A stretch of DNA of 64,000 bases from an uncultured Clostridia bacterium (GTDB lineage: Bacteria; Bacillota; Clostridia; TANB77; CAG-508). The position numbers and the translations under genes were made by a program. The stretch covers positions 44,895 to 108,894 of the forward strand of contig CAPPGO010000004.1 in assembly GCA_948678575.1 (NCBI GenBank). The letters run 5' to 3'. Positions 1 through 10,616 of the stretch are shown here, piece by piece; the stretch's first letter is position 1, and each line of letters starts with the position of its first letter. The notes beneath the pieces were generated by a model. The model ran no database searches. It had not been told where the DNA came from and worked only from the letters and a program-made list of their open reading frames with translations.

Positions 1-1138
1 TGCATTTTCCAAATTATAATTGCTTTTAAGCATTTTAACTTTAAATTCTACCAACGAAATAGCATTTTTTGCAAGTAAATTAAACCTTTCACTACCATAT
101 TTTATAACATATTCATCTGGGTCTTTTGCGCCCTCCATTTGTATAACTCTTGCATCACAACCCTGAGTACCTAATATTTCTAATCCTCTCATAATAGCTT
201 CTTGTCCAGCTCCATCAGAATCATAGCTCATTAAAACTTGCTCACTATATTTTCTAAGCAATCTTCCTTGTTCCTCTGTAAGTGCTGTTCCAAGTGAAGC
301 AACTACATTTTGAATTCCCCTTTGATAAAGAGAAATTGCATCCATATAGCCTTCAACTAATATAATTTGTTTAGAATTTGTTTGCTTTGCTAGATTTAAT
401 GCAAATAAATGTTGTTTTTTTGAATATACTAAATTTTCATTTGAATTTATATATTTAGCAGATTTTTCATTATTATCCAATCTTCTGCCACCAAATGCAA
501 CAACTTTGCCATTAACAGACATTATTGGAAACATAAGTCTCTTTCTAAATCTATCTATAAATTCTCCTCTATCATTTTTGTTGACCAAGCCAGTTGCTAA
601 AATTTCATTATCTTTAAATCCTTGGGATTTCAAATGTTTATATAATTCGTTATATTCACCTGAATATCCTATTTTAAAAGCTTTTAAAGTATTATTATCT
701 AATTTTCTTTCTTTTACATAATTTTGTGCTATTTTAGCTAATGGCTGATATAATCTTTCATGAAAAAATAAAGTAGTTTCAAGATTTACTTTATACATTC
801 TATCTTTTAAATATTGTTTTTCATTAAAGCCTTCATCTTGTTCAATTGGTAAAGTAACATGTCCTCTTTCTGCAAGAAATTCAATTGTCTCTTTAAATGA
901 CAATTTTTCTATCTCACTAATAAAAGTAAAAACATCTCCTCCTTTATGGCATCCAAAACAATGGAAATATTGTCTATCCGGAGAAACAGAAAAAGAAGGG
1001 GATTTTTCTCTATGAAATGGACAAATACCAAAGTAGTTTCTACCACTTCTTTTTAATGTTACATACTGAGATATAACATCAACTATGTCATTTGCGGCTC
1101 TAATCTCTTCTTTCAATTCATTGCTATATTGAACCATT
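1..1138 (-). CDS. dnaG: DNA primase DnaG, N-terminal ~380 aa (3' part of gene lies beyond the window start)
   Basis: Minus-strand translation from ATG at 1138 gives MVQYSNELKEEIRAANDIVDVISQYVTLKRSGRNYFGICPFHREKSPSFSVSPDRQYFHCFGCHKGGDVF (CHC2 zinc finger), later an EGYMD TOPRIM-like segment; frame stays open to position 1, so it is absent from the ORF track. Confidence 0.85.
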
Positions 1139-1354
1139 ATTTTATACCTTTCATATTATAATATTCGACAGATACTCTTTAAATCCTTCTTAATTTTACC
1201 AGAAAAGTAAACATAAGATATGTAACTAAAAACATCATATAATATTACCAAAAATAATAATTATATAACCAACACAATTGCTATTTTCATAATAAAACTT
1301 AAAAGATTATATACCCTTTTGATATATAATCTTTTAATTATATTATTATAAACA

Positions 1355-1921
1355 TTAAGTTTGAGGAATAAATTTTTTCATTACATTAGCTGGTGTGTCA
1401 GTAGTTACTTCTGATACTGCATCAACTGAATGCAATGCATAAGAAGTATTAATTTTATTTTCAACTAATTCTTCAATTTCTTCTTTACCTTTGCTCTCTG
1501 CTAAAACTAATTCACTTACCAAAATTTGTTTTGCATTTAATAACATCTTTTTCTCTGTTGTAGATAATCCTTTATCCTTTTGTTTGAAACTTAAATTTCT
1601 AACGATGTCTGCAACTTCATATATATCTCCTGATTTCATTTTTTCAACATTGTCTCTGTATCTTTTATTCCATTTAACAGACATTTCTGTACTTTCTTGT
1701 TCTAATATGTTAATTACTTTTCCGGCAGTTTCACTGTCTATTATATTTCGAACACCAATTTCTTCCGCTTTTGCAGTAGGTACCATAACTTTAACTTCAC
1801 CAGGCATTTTAATTATGTAATATGATTGTCTTTCATTACAAACTGTTTTTTCTTCAATCGCTTCAATAATACCAGCTCCATGCATTGGGTACACTATTTT
1901 GTCACCTACACTAAACATCAT
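1355..1921 (-). CDS. cdnL: CarD/CdnL-family RNA-polymerase-binding transcription factor
   Basis: 188 aa; N-terminus FSVGDKIVYPMHGAGIIEAIEEK...YYIIKMPGEVKVMVP matches the CarD_CdnL_TRCF domain. Confidence 0.75.
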   Translation of the reverse strand: MMFSVGDKIVYPMHGAGIIEAIEEKTVCNERQSYYIIKMPGEVKVMVPTAKAEEIGVRNIIDSETAGKVINILEQESTEMSVKWNKRYRDNVEKMKSGDIYEVADIVRNLSFKQKDKGLSTTEKKMLLNAKQILVSELVLAESKGKEEIEELVENKINTSYALHSVDAVSEVTTDTPANVMKKFIPQT

Positions 1922-2070
1922 TTAATTTGTCACTCCTTCCAAGTAAATTGTTTTTACTACATTACAATTATACTACAAAAATTGGTAAAAGTCAAAGACT
2001 TTTGTAATAGAATAGTAATTTTTTTGTAAAAAATATTACATTTTATTTCATATCTCTTTCTAGCTCTTTT

Positions 2071-2940
2071 TTACTTGATTTTTCTTAGTTTAGCTATATA
2101 AAACCCTTCAAAAAAATTATTTGGAGCAACTACTAATGTGCCTTTCAATTTAGAAGGTAATAATGGCAATTCTTTTTCATATTCCAATTCAATTGGAATA
2201 ATTTCACAGCTCCCGCTATTTACAAATTTTCTTACTATCTTCTCATTTTCTTCTTCTAAAACAGAACAAGTTGAATATACCATTTCAGAATTTTTCTTTA
2301 ATATTTTTAAAGCTTTATTTAGTAAACTTTCTTGTATTTTTGCACATTTTTCTATAAGTTCTTCTTTAAAATTTTCTGTTCCACTTCCACTACATGGCGC
2401 ATCTAATAAAATTTTATCAAATCTAAAAAAATCATCTATTTTTCTTGAATCTTTTTGCATAACAAAGCAAGAAGTAGCTCCTTGTTTTGCAATATTATAT
2501 TTTAACCTTTCAGCTCTAATACTGTTCATCTCACATGCTGTAATATTACTTAAATTCTTAGTAATGGCAGCAATTTGAGTAGTTTTTGAACCTGGTGCTG
2601 CTGCCATATCTAAAATATCTATTCCAGTTTCAGGATTTAATATTAATGGTGGCAACATTGAAGATAAACTTTGCAAATAAATTTCTCCGTTTTTATAAAT
2701 ATCTAATTCTTGCAAATCACTTTCAACAGCTTCTTCTAATATGTAAGCATCTTCATACCAATTAACTTTTTGAAACTTTATATTATTTTCTTTTAATACT
2801 TTTTCTACTCTTTCATTGTTACTTTTTATTGTATTAGTTCTAAAAGTTACTTTTCTTTTAATAGTTTGACCTTGCATAATTTTTTCTGCAAGGTCTTCCC
2901 CATATTGATTTTTCAATTTTTCTAAAAAAACAGTGTTCAT
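2071..2940 (-). CDS. RsmB/NOL1/NOP2/Sun-family RNA cytosine-C5 methyltransferase
   Basis: 289 aa; SAM-binding DMAAAPGSKT and catalytic-Cys motif DAPCSGSGT. Confidence 0.75.
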   Translation of the reverse strand: MNTVFLEKLKNQYGEDLAEKIMQGQTIKRKVTFRTNTIKSNNERVEKVLKENNIKFQKVNWYEDAYILEEAVESDLQELDIYKNGEIYLQSLSSMLPPLILNPETGIDILDMAAAPGSKTTQIAAITKNLSNITACEMNSIRAERLKYNIAKQGATSCFVMQKDSRKIDDFFRFDKILLDAPCSGSGTENFKEELIEKCAKIQESLLNKALKILKKNSEMVYSTCSVLEEENEKIVRKFVNSGSCEIIPIELEYEKELPLLPSKLKGTLVVAPNNFFEGFYIAKLRKIK

Positions 2941-3408
2941 CTATTTTACCAATTCCTCAACTTCGCTTTTACTCATAAGTCCAACTCTAATATTTTTTAC
3001 TTCTCCATTTTCTATAACTATTAATGTTGGTATTGATGCAACACCATATTTAACAGCTAATTCTTCATTTTCATCTATGTTAATTTTAACAACTTTTATA
3101 TCACTATTATCCCTTGCCACTTCTTCAACTATCGGTGATAGCATTTTGCAAGGTCCACACCAATCAGCATAAAAATCTATTAGAACTTTTTTATCACTTT
3201 TTAAAACCTCTCCTTCAAAATTTTCATTTGACACACTCATAACTTCCATATCACTACTTACCTCACTTTCTAAATTTTGATTTGTTATATTATTTACGTC
3301 TACTTGCGTAGAATTATTTTGATCATTTAACATCGTATTTATAAACAATAACAAAGCAATAAAAATTATTATTAAAAATACTGTAAATAATTTATTTTTC
3401 ATAAACAC
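2941..3408 (-). CDS. membrane-anchored thioredoxin-family protein (WCGPC active site)
   Basis: 155 aa; N-terminal hydrophobic segment then DFYADWCGPCKMLSPIVEEV thioredoxin fold motif. Confidence 0.75.
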   Translation of the reverse strand: MFMKNKLFTVFLIIIFIALLLFINTMLNDQNNSTQVDVNNITNQNLESEVSSDMEVMSVSNENFEGEVLKSDKKVLIDFYADWCGPCKMLSPIVEEVARDNSDIKVVKINIDENEELAVKYGVASIPTLIVIENGEVKNIRVGLMSKSEVEELVK

Positions 3409-3414
3409 TCCTAT

Positions 3415-4035
3415 TTAAAACATTATATAAATTCCCATAAAAATTAAAACAATTCCAGAAATTTTCTTAATTATCCCATAATTCTTTTTTATAAAATTAA
3501 AAATATTCTTTAATTTTTCCATCAAAATTACTGAAATAATAAATGGAATACCTAATCCTATTGAATAAAACAACATTAATATTATTCCTTTAATGATATT
3601 TTGTCCTTTTGCAACAATCAATAAAGCTGAACTTAAAAAAGTGCCTATACATGGAGTCCAACTAATTGAAAATAATATTCCAAATAGCATTGCTTTCATA
3701 AAATTTAAGTTATTCAAATTCATTTTTATTCCTTGTGAACGATTTAAAAATTTTAAGTTAAGCAATTCCATGTAATTTAAACCTAACACAATTATTATTA
3801 TCCCAAAAACAATTTTAATATATTTTAGATATTGGTTTATCAACATTCCAAAAGTGCTTGCAAATATTGAAAGCATAACAAACACAAATGTAAATCCAAG
3901 CACAAAACCTACTGCGTTTTTGTAGCTACTATCCTCTTCTCCTATAAAATATGAAATATAAATAGGTAACATTGGTAATAAGCATGGCGAAATAAAACTT
4001 GCAAATCCTTCTAAAAAAGTAAAAACATATTCCAA
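3415..4035 (-). CDS. ccdA: cytochrome c-type biogenesis / thiol-disulfide transporter CcdA (DsbD transmembrane-domain family)
   Basis: 206 aa polytopic membrane protein with FISPCLLPMLP and WTPCIG cysteine motifs typical of CcdA; adjacent to the thioredoxin gene. Confidence 0.75.
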   Translation of the reverse strand: MEYVFTFLEGFASFISPCLLPMLPIYISYFIGEEDSSYKNAVGFVLGFTFVFVMLSIFASTFGMLINQYLKYIKIVFGIIIIVLGLNYMELLNLKFLNRSQGIKMNLNNLNFMKAMLFGILFSISWTPCIGTFLSSALLIVAKGQNIIKGIILMLFYSIGLGIPFIISVILMEKLKNIFNFIKKNYGIIKKISGIVLIFMGIYIMF

Positions 4036-4037
4036 TT

Positions 4038-4841
4038 TTAAATATCTTTCCTTTCTTCTACTATTCTATTTAAAACTTCTGCAATTCCAGCCTCATTATT
4101 AGTTGTTCTTAAAACTTCCTTTGATAATGATTTTATATCATCAAAAGCATTTCCCATTGCAACACCATAAACTGCATTCATCATCGAAATATCATTATAA
4201 TCATCTCCAAAAGCCATGGCTTCTTCTGGTTTAATTTTTAAATATTTACATAAACCAAGTATTGCATTTCCTTTTGATGCAGATTTATTTATAATATTGA
4301 TAACATGAACCTCTCCTGGTAAATTCTCTGCTATAAATCTATTTTCTACTTTTAAACTTTCATCTAAATTTTCTATAATTTCATCTATATCTTTTGCATT
4401 ATTTGAACCTATGCTTATTTGAAGAATATCATTTTCTTTAAAGAATTTTTTATAATCTTCTTCCATCGGTACTTCATCTAATATTTTATAATCCATTATG
4501 TTTATATATCTTGCATATTTAGTATCTATCCTTACAAATAAATTATTCTTCAAAACATGTTCAAATAATTCTAAGCAAATTGATTCTTCTATTGGACATT
4601 TGAATAATTGTTCATCTTCTTTTGTATCATATATTTCAGCACCATTATCAGCAATTATGTATCTTCCTGCACCAGATATTTTTTGATAATATCTTATTGC
4701 ACTTTGTGGTCTGCCAGAACAAATGCACACTTCAATTCCATTATCCAATGCTCTTTTTATTGCTATCTTATTTTCTTCTAACACATCTTTTTTACTTGTA
4801 AGTAGTGTTCCATCTAAATCAAAAAATACTATTTTAAACAT
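4038..4841 (-). CDS. Cof-type HAD-IIB family hydrolase
   Basis: 267 aa; N-terminal FFDLDGTLL HAD motif I, C-terminal GDDYNDISM motif. Confidence 0.75.
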   Translation of the reverse strand: MFKIVFFDLDGTLLTSKKDVLEENKIAIKRALDNGIEVCICSGRPQSAIRYYQKISGAGRYIIADNGAEIYDTKEDEQLFKCPIEESICLELFEHVLKNNLFVRIDTKYARYINIMDYKILDEVPMEEDYKKFFKENDILQISIGSNNAKDIDEIIENLDESLKVENRFIAENLPGEVHVINIINKSASKGNAILGLCKYLKIKPEEAMAFGDDYNDISMMNAVYGVAMGNAFDDIKSLSKEVLRTTNNEAGIAEVLNRIVEERKDI

Positions 4842-4999
4842 TACTTTCTCTCCTTTTCTAGTAACTATTTTATCATATTATTTTAACTTTTCAATCTATA
4901 TTTATATAAACAAAGAAAAGGTTGGTAGTTTAGTCAATAACGTAATATAACATTTTGCTATAATATAAATGGAACATTGTTTGTTTCACAATAACTTTT

Positions 5000-5959
5000 G
5001 TTATAGTTCCATATTAAGTTTTGATATGATATAATTGGCAAATAGATGTTAAGTATGTGCCAAAAGTTATAGTTCCATATTAAGTTTTGATATGATATAA
5101 TTCTTTCTGTGTCACATCAATTATAAACCAAGTTATAGTTCCATATTAAGTTTTGATATGATATAATCATTTTGCTTGTACATATTTCATTCTATTAGTT
5201 ATAGTTCCATATTAAGTTTTGATATGATATAATTTCTATATCTTCAACATGCTCTTCTAAATAGTTATAGTTCCATATTAAGTTTTGATATGATATAATT
5301 ATAAATCAATATTCTTAACAAAGCCATGAGTTATAGTTCCATATTAAGTTTTGATATGATATAATTGATATAACAGTAAAAACAAAAGACATCAGGTTAT
5401 AGTTCCATATTAAGTTTTGATATGATATAATAAATTAAAGCAGCATTCATGTCTTTTGTAAGTTATAGTTCCATATTAAGTTTTGATATGATATAATTTT
5501 CATATATGCAGCATTTTCAATCAATGGGTTATAGTTCCATATTAAGTTTTGATATGATATAATATAGAAAAATATTGTGATGAGATATGTAGTGTTATAG
5601 TTCCATATTAAGTTTTGATATGATATAATATAGCTTATATGATTAATTTAGATACTTTGGTTATAGTTCCATATTAAGTTTTGATATGATATAATCAATA
5701 TTTATATATAATAATTATAAATACAGTTATAGTTCCATATTAAGTTTTGATATGATATAATCTCAGCTACTGCTAATGTTACACCTAACTGGTTATAGTT
5801 CCATATTAAGTTTTGATATGATATAATAAACATTGTTGCCGAATTATTGCATAATGAGTTATAGTTCCATATTAAGTTTTGATATGATATAATATTACCA
5901 ACATCTAAATCAGATAAAGAGTTGTTATAGTTCCATATTAAGTTTTGATATGATATAAT
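5000..5959 (+). CRISPR. CRISPR array: 15 direct repeats of 36 bp (GTTATAGTTCCATATTAAGTTTTGATATGATATAAT) separated by 14 spacers of exactly 30 bp (period 66)
   Basis: Repeats start at 5000, 5066, 5132 ... 5924, all identical by eye; each repeat ends in TGATATAAT (extended -10). Strand given as the predicted crRNA transcription direction, which is convergent with the cas operon. Confidence 0.97.
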
Positions 5960-6011
5960 ATGAAATTCTATAAGTACCTATTTGAGTGATATACAGCAAA
6001 TTAAATCAGAT

Positions 6012-6050
6012 AAAAAAAGAAAATTACAAAAAAATAATTTTCTTTTTTTA
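6012..6050. terminator. bidirectional rho-independent terminator between the CRISPR array and cas2
   Basis: Perfect 10-bp stem AAGAAAATTA / TAATTTTCTT (6017-6026 / 6035-6044) with 8-nt loop, flanked by an A-run on the left and a T-run on the right. Confidence 0.5.
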
Positions 6051-6055
6051 TGTTT

Positions 6056-6376
6056 TTAAAACAAACTCAACTGATTCACTCGAACTTTTCGTTCATTTTT
6101 TGTTGGCTCACCAACCAAAAATTTCATTTCTTCATATTGTTTTTCTGTAACAGTTAAACATCTAATAGAACCTTTGCTAGGCAGTTCTGAAACTAATCTT
6201 TTCATATGCTTGTTAGTCATATCCGTCCCATTACATAATCTAGAATACACTGAAAATTGCAACATATCATAACCATCATTTAATAAAAATCTTCTAAACT
6301 GAGCATAAATTTTTCTATCCTTTTTCTTTACAACTGGCAAATCAAAAAATACTATAATTCTCATAAATTTACTCAT
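6056..6376 (-). CDS. cas2: CRISPR-associated endoribonuclease Cas2
   Basis: 106 aa; [10 protein letters not shown]...[22 protein letters not shown] typical Cas2; overlaps cas1 by 8 nt. Confidence 0.9.
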   Translation of the reverse strand: MSKFMRIIVFFDLPVVKKKDRKIYAQFRRFLLNDGYDMLQFSVYSRLCNGTDMTNKHMKRLVSELPSKGSIRCLTVTEKQYEEMKFLVGEPTKNERKVRVNQLSLF

Positions 6377-7271
6377 AACTATGCACCTTTATAGGCAACA
6401 CTTCTGGTAATTCTAATTTTTTATAATCATTTTGCGTAATAGCCGTTGTATAAGATGCAATCATTATATTAATTGCATTATTAACAGATTGCACCTTTCC
6501 TTGAATTTTTACATCTAAATTTAAAAGATTTACCAATTCTGCCCTTATATACTTATCAAATTTTAAATCATTAGTTATATTAGTTTTTACCCATAAGTCT
6601 ACAATGGGTCTAAATGGTTCCATAAAATCATCTACTAAATTATAATTATTTAATTCACTTTTATGATGAATGCCTATTGCTGGAATATACCCATATGATA
6701 CTACACTTCTTGCTATAGCACCTCTAATTATAGAATATCCATAGTTCAAACATATATTATATATATCATCATAACTTCTAGCAAATCTATTAGCAAACAA
6801 TGATTGAAAATACTCTTTTGCCGCTATTGCTTCTCTATTTTGTGTATCTCCTGAATTTACCTTTTTTGACATTTCTTCCAGATGTGTACCCATAAAATCC
6901 TTTTTACACATTTTTAAAACTTCAGCTTGATTTAATATTTTTCTCATAATTACTAATTGCCAACATCTCTTTTTAAAACTTTCAGTTTGATTCAATTGTG
7001 ATTTTATAATTTTTAATTCTCTACTATGAATAGCAAAAGGTATAAATATTCCGTTTGGCAAATGTTTATCATCGCAACTATACATTATAACTTTGTTATC
7101 TGCCATTAGACTCATAACCTTTGACGATATTGATATTTGAGGTGTTTCTAAAACAATTGAAGATATATCTTCAATTGGAATTGTACATTCCTCATCTTGT
7201 GTAATTTTTAGTTGTCTGTTTTTTACAGACAATTTTGTCGGTCGTGTAATTACTACACTTCTCCAACTCAT
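6369..7271 (-). CDS. cas1: CRISPR-associated endonuclease Cas1 (type II)
   Basis: 300 aa; position immediately downstream of cas9 and length/sequence pattern of type II Cas1. Confidence 0.92.
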   Translation of the reverse strand: MSWRSVVITRPTKLSVKNRQLKITQDEECTIPIEDISSIVLETPQISISSKVMSLMADNKVIMYSCDDKHLPNGIFIPFAIHSRELKIIKSQLNQTESFKKRCWQLVIMRKILNQAEVLKMCKKDFMGTHLEEMSKKVNSGDTQNREAIAAKEYFQSLFANRFARSYDDIYNICLNYGYSIIRGAIARSVVSYGYIPAIGIHHKSELNNYNLVDDFMEPFRPIVDLWVKTNITNDLKFDKYIRAELVNLLNLDVKIQGKVQSVNNAINIMIASYTTAITQNDYKKLELPEVLPIKVHSYE

Positions 7272-7273
7272 TA

Positions 7274-10200
7274 TTATTCTTTAACTCCTTTCCTTTTCTC
7301 TTTATTTATTTTACTTATATTTCCTAATACACTTACTTCATATTTTTCCAATAATTCTAAATTTTTTACACCAACGCCTTCTATTTTTTTATCTCCACTT
7401 ACTGACAATAAATTAATAGCAGCAGTTCCTCTATGTGTTGAAACATAATAAGCAAAAAATTCTTTTTCATTTTTCTTCTTAATTTTTACTAAATCATTTG
7501 GATATAAACTAAACTTAAAATCATATTCATCTGTCATTTCTATCCAATCTGTTTCATTTTTATATGCTAATATTGCATTATTAGGTAGTTTCTTCTTTAC
7601 GAAATCTGATACATATATTGGCACTAAATAATATTTATTATTCTTTGAAAAAACATCTACTCTAACCATATTAGCATTTTCAGCAATAGCGTCATTTTTT
7701 AATTTCACACCAGTACTTCCAGCTACTGGAACTTTTATACTTCTTACAATTGGACTATTTCCATTCTTGCTATACTTTCTATATTCCTCCTTAAATGCTT
7801 TATTTGCATTAAAATTATGTTCTTTTAATTTTTGGTAAATATCATCATATAATTTTTTATCACTAAAATACAATTCTCTATATGCTTCATTATTTATTAT
7901 CGATTCTATCTCACTTTTAGTGATTGATTTTAAATCTTTTTTTACTAATGTAAATCCCTTGTCTATATTTTTACTAGAACGCATTGTTTCTTTATGTGCC
8001 TTTCCTGTAATCTTTCTCTCTGGCATTCTAGATACAAATATAGGCTTTATTATCGATATATCTACATCATCATAATTTATAAATTCACCATGTTTCAGTG
8101 CATATAACTCTCCATTATTATCATAATCTTCCATTCTTGCTTGAACTTCTTGTCTAAAATTAGTCCAAGGTTCCTTTAATACATTATTTTTATTATATTT
8201 ATCCTCTTTACTATATAAACTTTTATACTTACTATACTCTGCAACTTTCTTGATATTGGCAGTTGTTGCACAGGCTATAACCACAGCATCTTGTGCATGA
8301 TGTTTATCAGAAGCATTTCTGTCTTTACTTAATCCCCAAAAATGCCTTAATGCAGCAGTTGTTGGCCCATTTATATTAAATACCTTTTGCTTTTTGTTAA
8401 TATCAGCAAATTTTAAATTATTAGAAATATAACTATTCATAAATCTAGCAATATATCTTGTATCATTAATATTTCTATCTATCCATTTTTTGGACTTTTC
8501 TTCTGAAAAATTCTTTATAAGTAAATTTTCTCTCTTCTTAGGATTATATTTATATGTTGATAAAACAAATTCTTCAAATCTATGCCAATTTTTTTGATTA
8601 TCACCCATATACTCAAATGGTGTTTTCTCACACTTATTCTGGTTTTCTTTAGACAAGACCAAAACTTTATTATTATAACTGTCATCAAAAGAACGCGAAA
8701 ATGGAATAATATGATCAACCTCGACATATTTATCTTCAAATAATCTATTGGCTTCAATTGGTAAACCTGAATATGCACATTTGTGGCCTTGTTCTCTCCA
8801 TAATTTTACTTTAACAATATCAAAAGGTTTGGGCTCAATTTCAAAATTTTCTCTTATATATTCTTTATCAGTCTCATTGTTCTTTTCATTTTCTTTTTGC
8901 TTCTTATTTATTTTGTCTCGTTCATCAAATGACTTTGCTAATTCTCTTGCTGTCTCTATATGTATTTCTGTTGGTGGACCATATCTATCTATTATGGCAT
9001 TTACTACTTTTCTTGTTTGAGATACTGCTCTTAATACTACTGGGTTTAAAATTACATCATCTAATTCTGAAACAGGAGGTAGTTTTTCTTTAAAATTTTG
9101 TTTATTTTCTTTGTATCCCACATTAGAACAAGCTTCTGTATATCCATATCCATTTTCTAACTCTGGAATTAATTTACTCATAGCCTTATATGATAAATGT
9201 CCAAATTTAGTAAAATTAATTGATAAAACAGCATTGATAATATCTTTATCTATATTTCTATCAGACAAATATTTGATTATTCCTTCATCATCTTTATTTC
9301 TCACTAAAGAATCAGCAATTATATTTTGCAATTCTGGATTTTCAATTATAAGATTAAATTTATCACTACAATTATTTTTCTTACACGCAATTCTTATCTT
9401 ATGCCACCCTTCTAATTTTACAAATTTAGTTTTTTCTACATCTTTTACTAATTCTTTTTCTGATAATTCTTTATTCTTAATATAATAATTTAGTTGTCTA
9501 AATCTATCTTCATCTGAAAGTTCTAATACTTTTCTGATCTGGTTATATTTCACTTCTGCTTGATTATACGCCATTTCTACTATTGCTTTTCTTTGTTCAT
9601 CTGTAATCTTAAAGTCTTCTCTATTCGTTATAACACTTATATTATTTATATTTTGCAACAACATAAATCTTTCAAAAGTATAACTATTTTTAGGAGCCCT
9701 TTGTTCTTCTTTTTCCAAAGTGCATTTACCTATCATTTTATTTAATATTTCTTCTGTCATAAACAGTTTTTGATATGTTATAATATCTATATATTTTTCT
9801 TCAAACTCTTTACTTGCAAATATACTTCCAAATTCTCTCTGTTTTTCAAATAGTATTCTAACTTCATCTATCAACATACTTCTTAAAACAGTATTTTCAT
9901 ATTGTCCACCTTTATTTCTCTTATTATTAACAAATTTTTCATCTTTAAAAAACATCTCTCCTACAGTTCTATAAGCATTTTCTTCCAATAATTTTTTATT
10001 TCTATTAGTTCCTGTAATTAATTTTCCACCTTCACTATCTTCACTTTCTGTTTTTCTATTAGACTTATATCCTCTTCTTTTAGCTATATTAGTAAGTACC
10101 CTTGCCCACTCTTTTCTATCTAATAGTTCATCTAATCCATCAGCTCTTAATTCATATACGTCTATTGAATTTTCGGTCATTACATATAAATTTTCTAACT

Positions 10201-10447
10201 CTTTATCAGATACTAAATTATACTCTAAAAAAAGTTCTTTTACTTTCTGCATTCTGGTAGCTCTTCTTCTAATTCTTCTCCTTGTTCCTCTTGCTTCTCG
10301 TCTTGCTAAATTTAAAGATTTTCCATCAGCCTCTTCTGCCTTTTTAAAAACTCTAACACCCAAATCTTCTATCCTACTTTTTTCTTCATTTATTACTGAC
10401 CATCCTACTGATGCGATACCTATATCTAACCCAATTGTATATTTCAT
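7274..10447 (-). CDS. cas9: Cas9, compact type II-C-like (1057 aa)
   Basis: RuvC-I IGLDIGIASVGWSV; Arg-rich bridge helix LARREARGTRRRIRRRATRMQK; HNH EVDHIIPFSRSFDDSYNNKVLV; RuvC-III HHAQDAVVIA; no csn2 or cas4 in the locus. Confidence 0.95.
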   Translation of the reverse strand: MKYTIGLDIGIASVGWSVINEEKSRIEDLGVRVFKKAEEADGKSLNLARREARGTRRRIRRRATRMQKVKELFLEYNLVSDKELENLYVMTENSIDVYELRADGLDELLDRKEWARVLTNIAKRRGYKSNRKTESEDSEGGKLITGTNRNKKLLEENAYRTVGEMFFKDEKFVNNKRNKGGQYENTVLRSMLIDEVRILFEKQREFGSIFASKEFEEKYIDIITYQKLFMTEEILNKMIGKCTLEKEEQRAPKNSYTFERFMLLQNINNISVITNREDFKITDEQRKAIVEMAYNQAEVKYNQIRKVLELSDEDRFRQLNYYIKNKELSEKELVKDVEKTKFVKLEGWHKIRIACKKNNCSDKFNLIIENPELQNIIADSLVRNKDDEGIIKYLSDRNIDKDIINAVLSINFTKFGHLSYKAMSKLIPELENGYGYTEACSNVGYKENKQNFKEKLPPVSELDDVILNPVVLRAVSQTRKVVNAIIDRYGPPTEIHIETARELAKSFDERDKINKKQKENEKNNETDKEYIRENFEIEPKPFDIVKVKLWREQGHKCAYSGLPIEANRLFEDKYVEVDHIIPFSRSFDDSYNNKVLVLSKENQNKCEKTPFEYMGDNQKNWHRFEEFVLSTYKYNPKKRENLLIKNFSEEKSKKWIDRNINDTRYIARFMNSYISNNLKFADINKKQKVFNINGPTTAALRHFWGLSKDRNASDKHHAQDAVVIACATTANIKKVAEYSKYKSLYSKEDKYNKNNVLKEPWTNFRQEVQARMEDYDNNGELYALKHGEFINYDDVDISIIKPIFVSRMPERKITGKAHKETMRSSKNIDKGFTLVKKDLKSITKSEIESIINNEAYRELYFSDKKLYDDIYQKLKEHNFNANKAFKEEYRKYSKNGNSPIVRSIKVPVAGSTGVKLKNDAIAENANMVRVDVFSKNNKYYLVPIYVSDFVKKKLPNNAILAYKNETDWIEMTDEYDFKFSLYPNDLVKIKKKNEKEFFAYYVSTHRGTAAINLLSVSGDKKIEGVGVKNLELLEKYEVSVLGNISKINKEKRKGVKE

Positions 10448-10477
10448 ACATTCCTCCTTAATTAAGTTAACATAAAT

Positions 10478-10506
10478 ATTGTATCATTGTATTATATTTT
10501 TGTCAA
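10478..10506 (-). promoter_or_regulatory. predicted sigma-A promoter of the cas9-cas1-cas2 operon
   Basis: Minus-strand TTGACA - 17 nt - TACAAT, followed by AAGGAGG RBS and the cas9 ATG. Confidence 0.4.
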
Positions 10507-10515
10507 AATTTTATA

Positions 10516-10612
10516 AATAAAAAGAAGATACCCCATACTTTAAAGTATGGGGATTACTTCGCACTCGTACGTTTATTATAGTAACATACTAAGTTTTGAT
10601 ATGATATAATAC
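10516..10612 (-). ncRNA. predicted tracrRNA (anti-repeat + terminator hairpin)
   Basis: Plus strand 10580-10610 AGTAACATACTAAGTTTTGATATGATATAAT matches 28/31 positions of the repeat (21-nt identical 3' block). The minus-strand RNA is therefore complementary to crRNA repeats and ends in hairpin CCCCATACTTT/AAAGTATGGGG plus U-tract (UAUCUUCUUUUUAUUU). Confidence 0.65.
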
Positions 10613-10616
10613 AATT

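Noticed and set aside
5960-6055. Space between array and cas2 checked for csn2, cas4 or a leader-encoded gene
   Set aside because: Only 96 bp, occupied by a bidirectional terminator; no ORF.
7212-9745. Short plus- and minus-strand ORFs inside cas9 (e.g. 8515-8778, 8748-9020, 9111-9485, 9560-9745)
   Set aside because: They lie fully within the 1057-aa cas9 reading frame region and show low-complexity AT-rich translation; spurious.
10580-10610. Isolated degenerate copy of the CRISPR repeat ~4.6 kb from the array; considered a second or remnant CRISPR array
   Set aside because: It is a single copy with no second repeat or spacer, has the mismatch pattern of an anti-repeat, and is flanked by a consensus promoter and a hairpin terminator on the cas9 strand. 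It is better explained as the tracrRNA.
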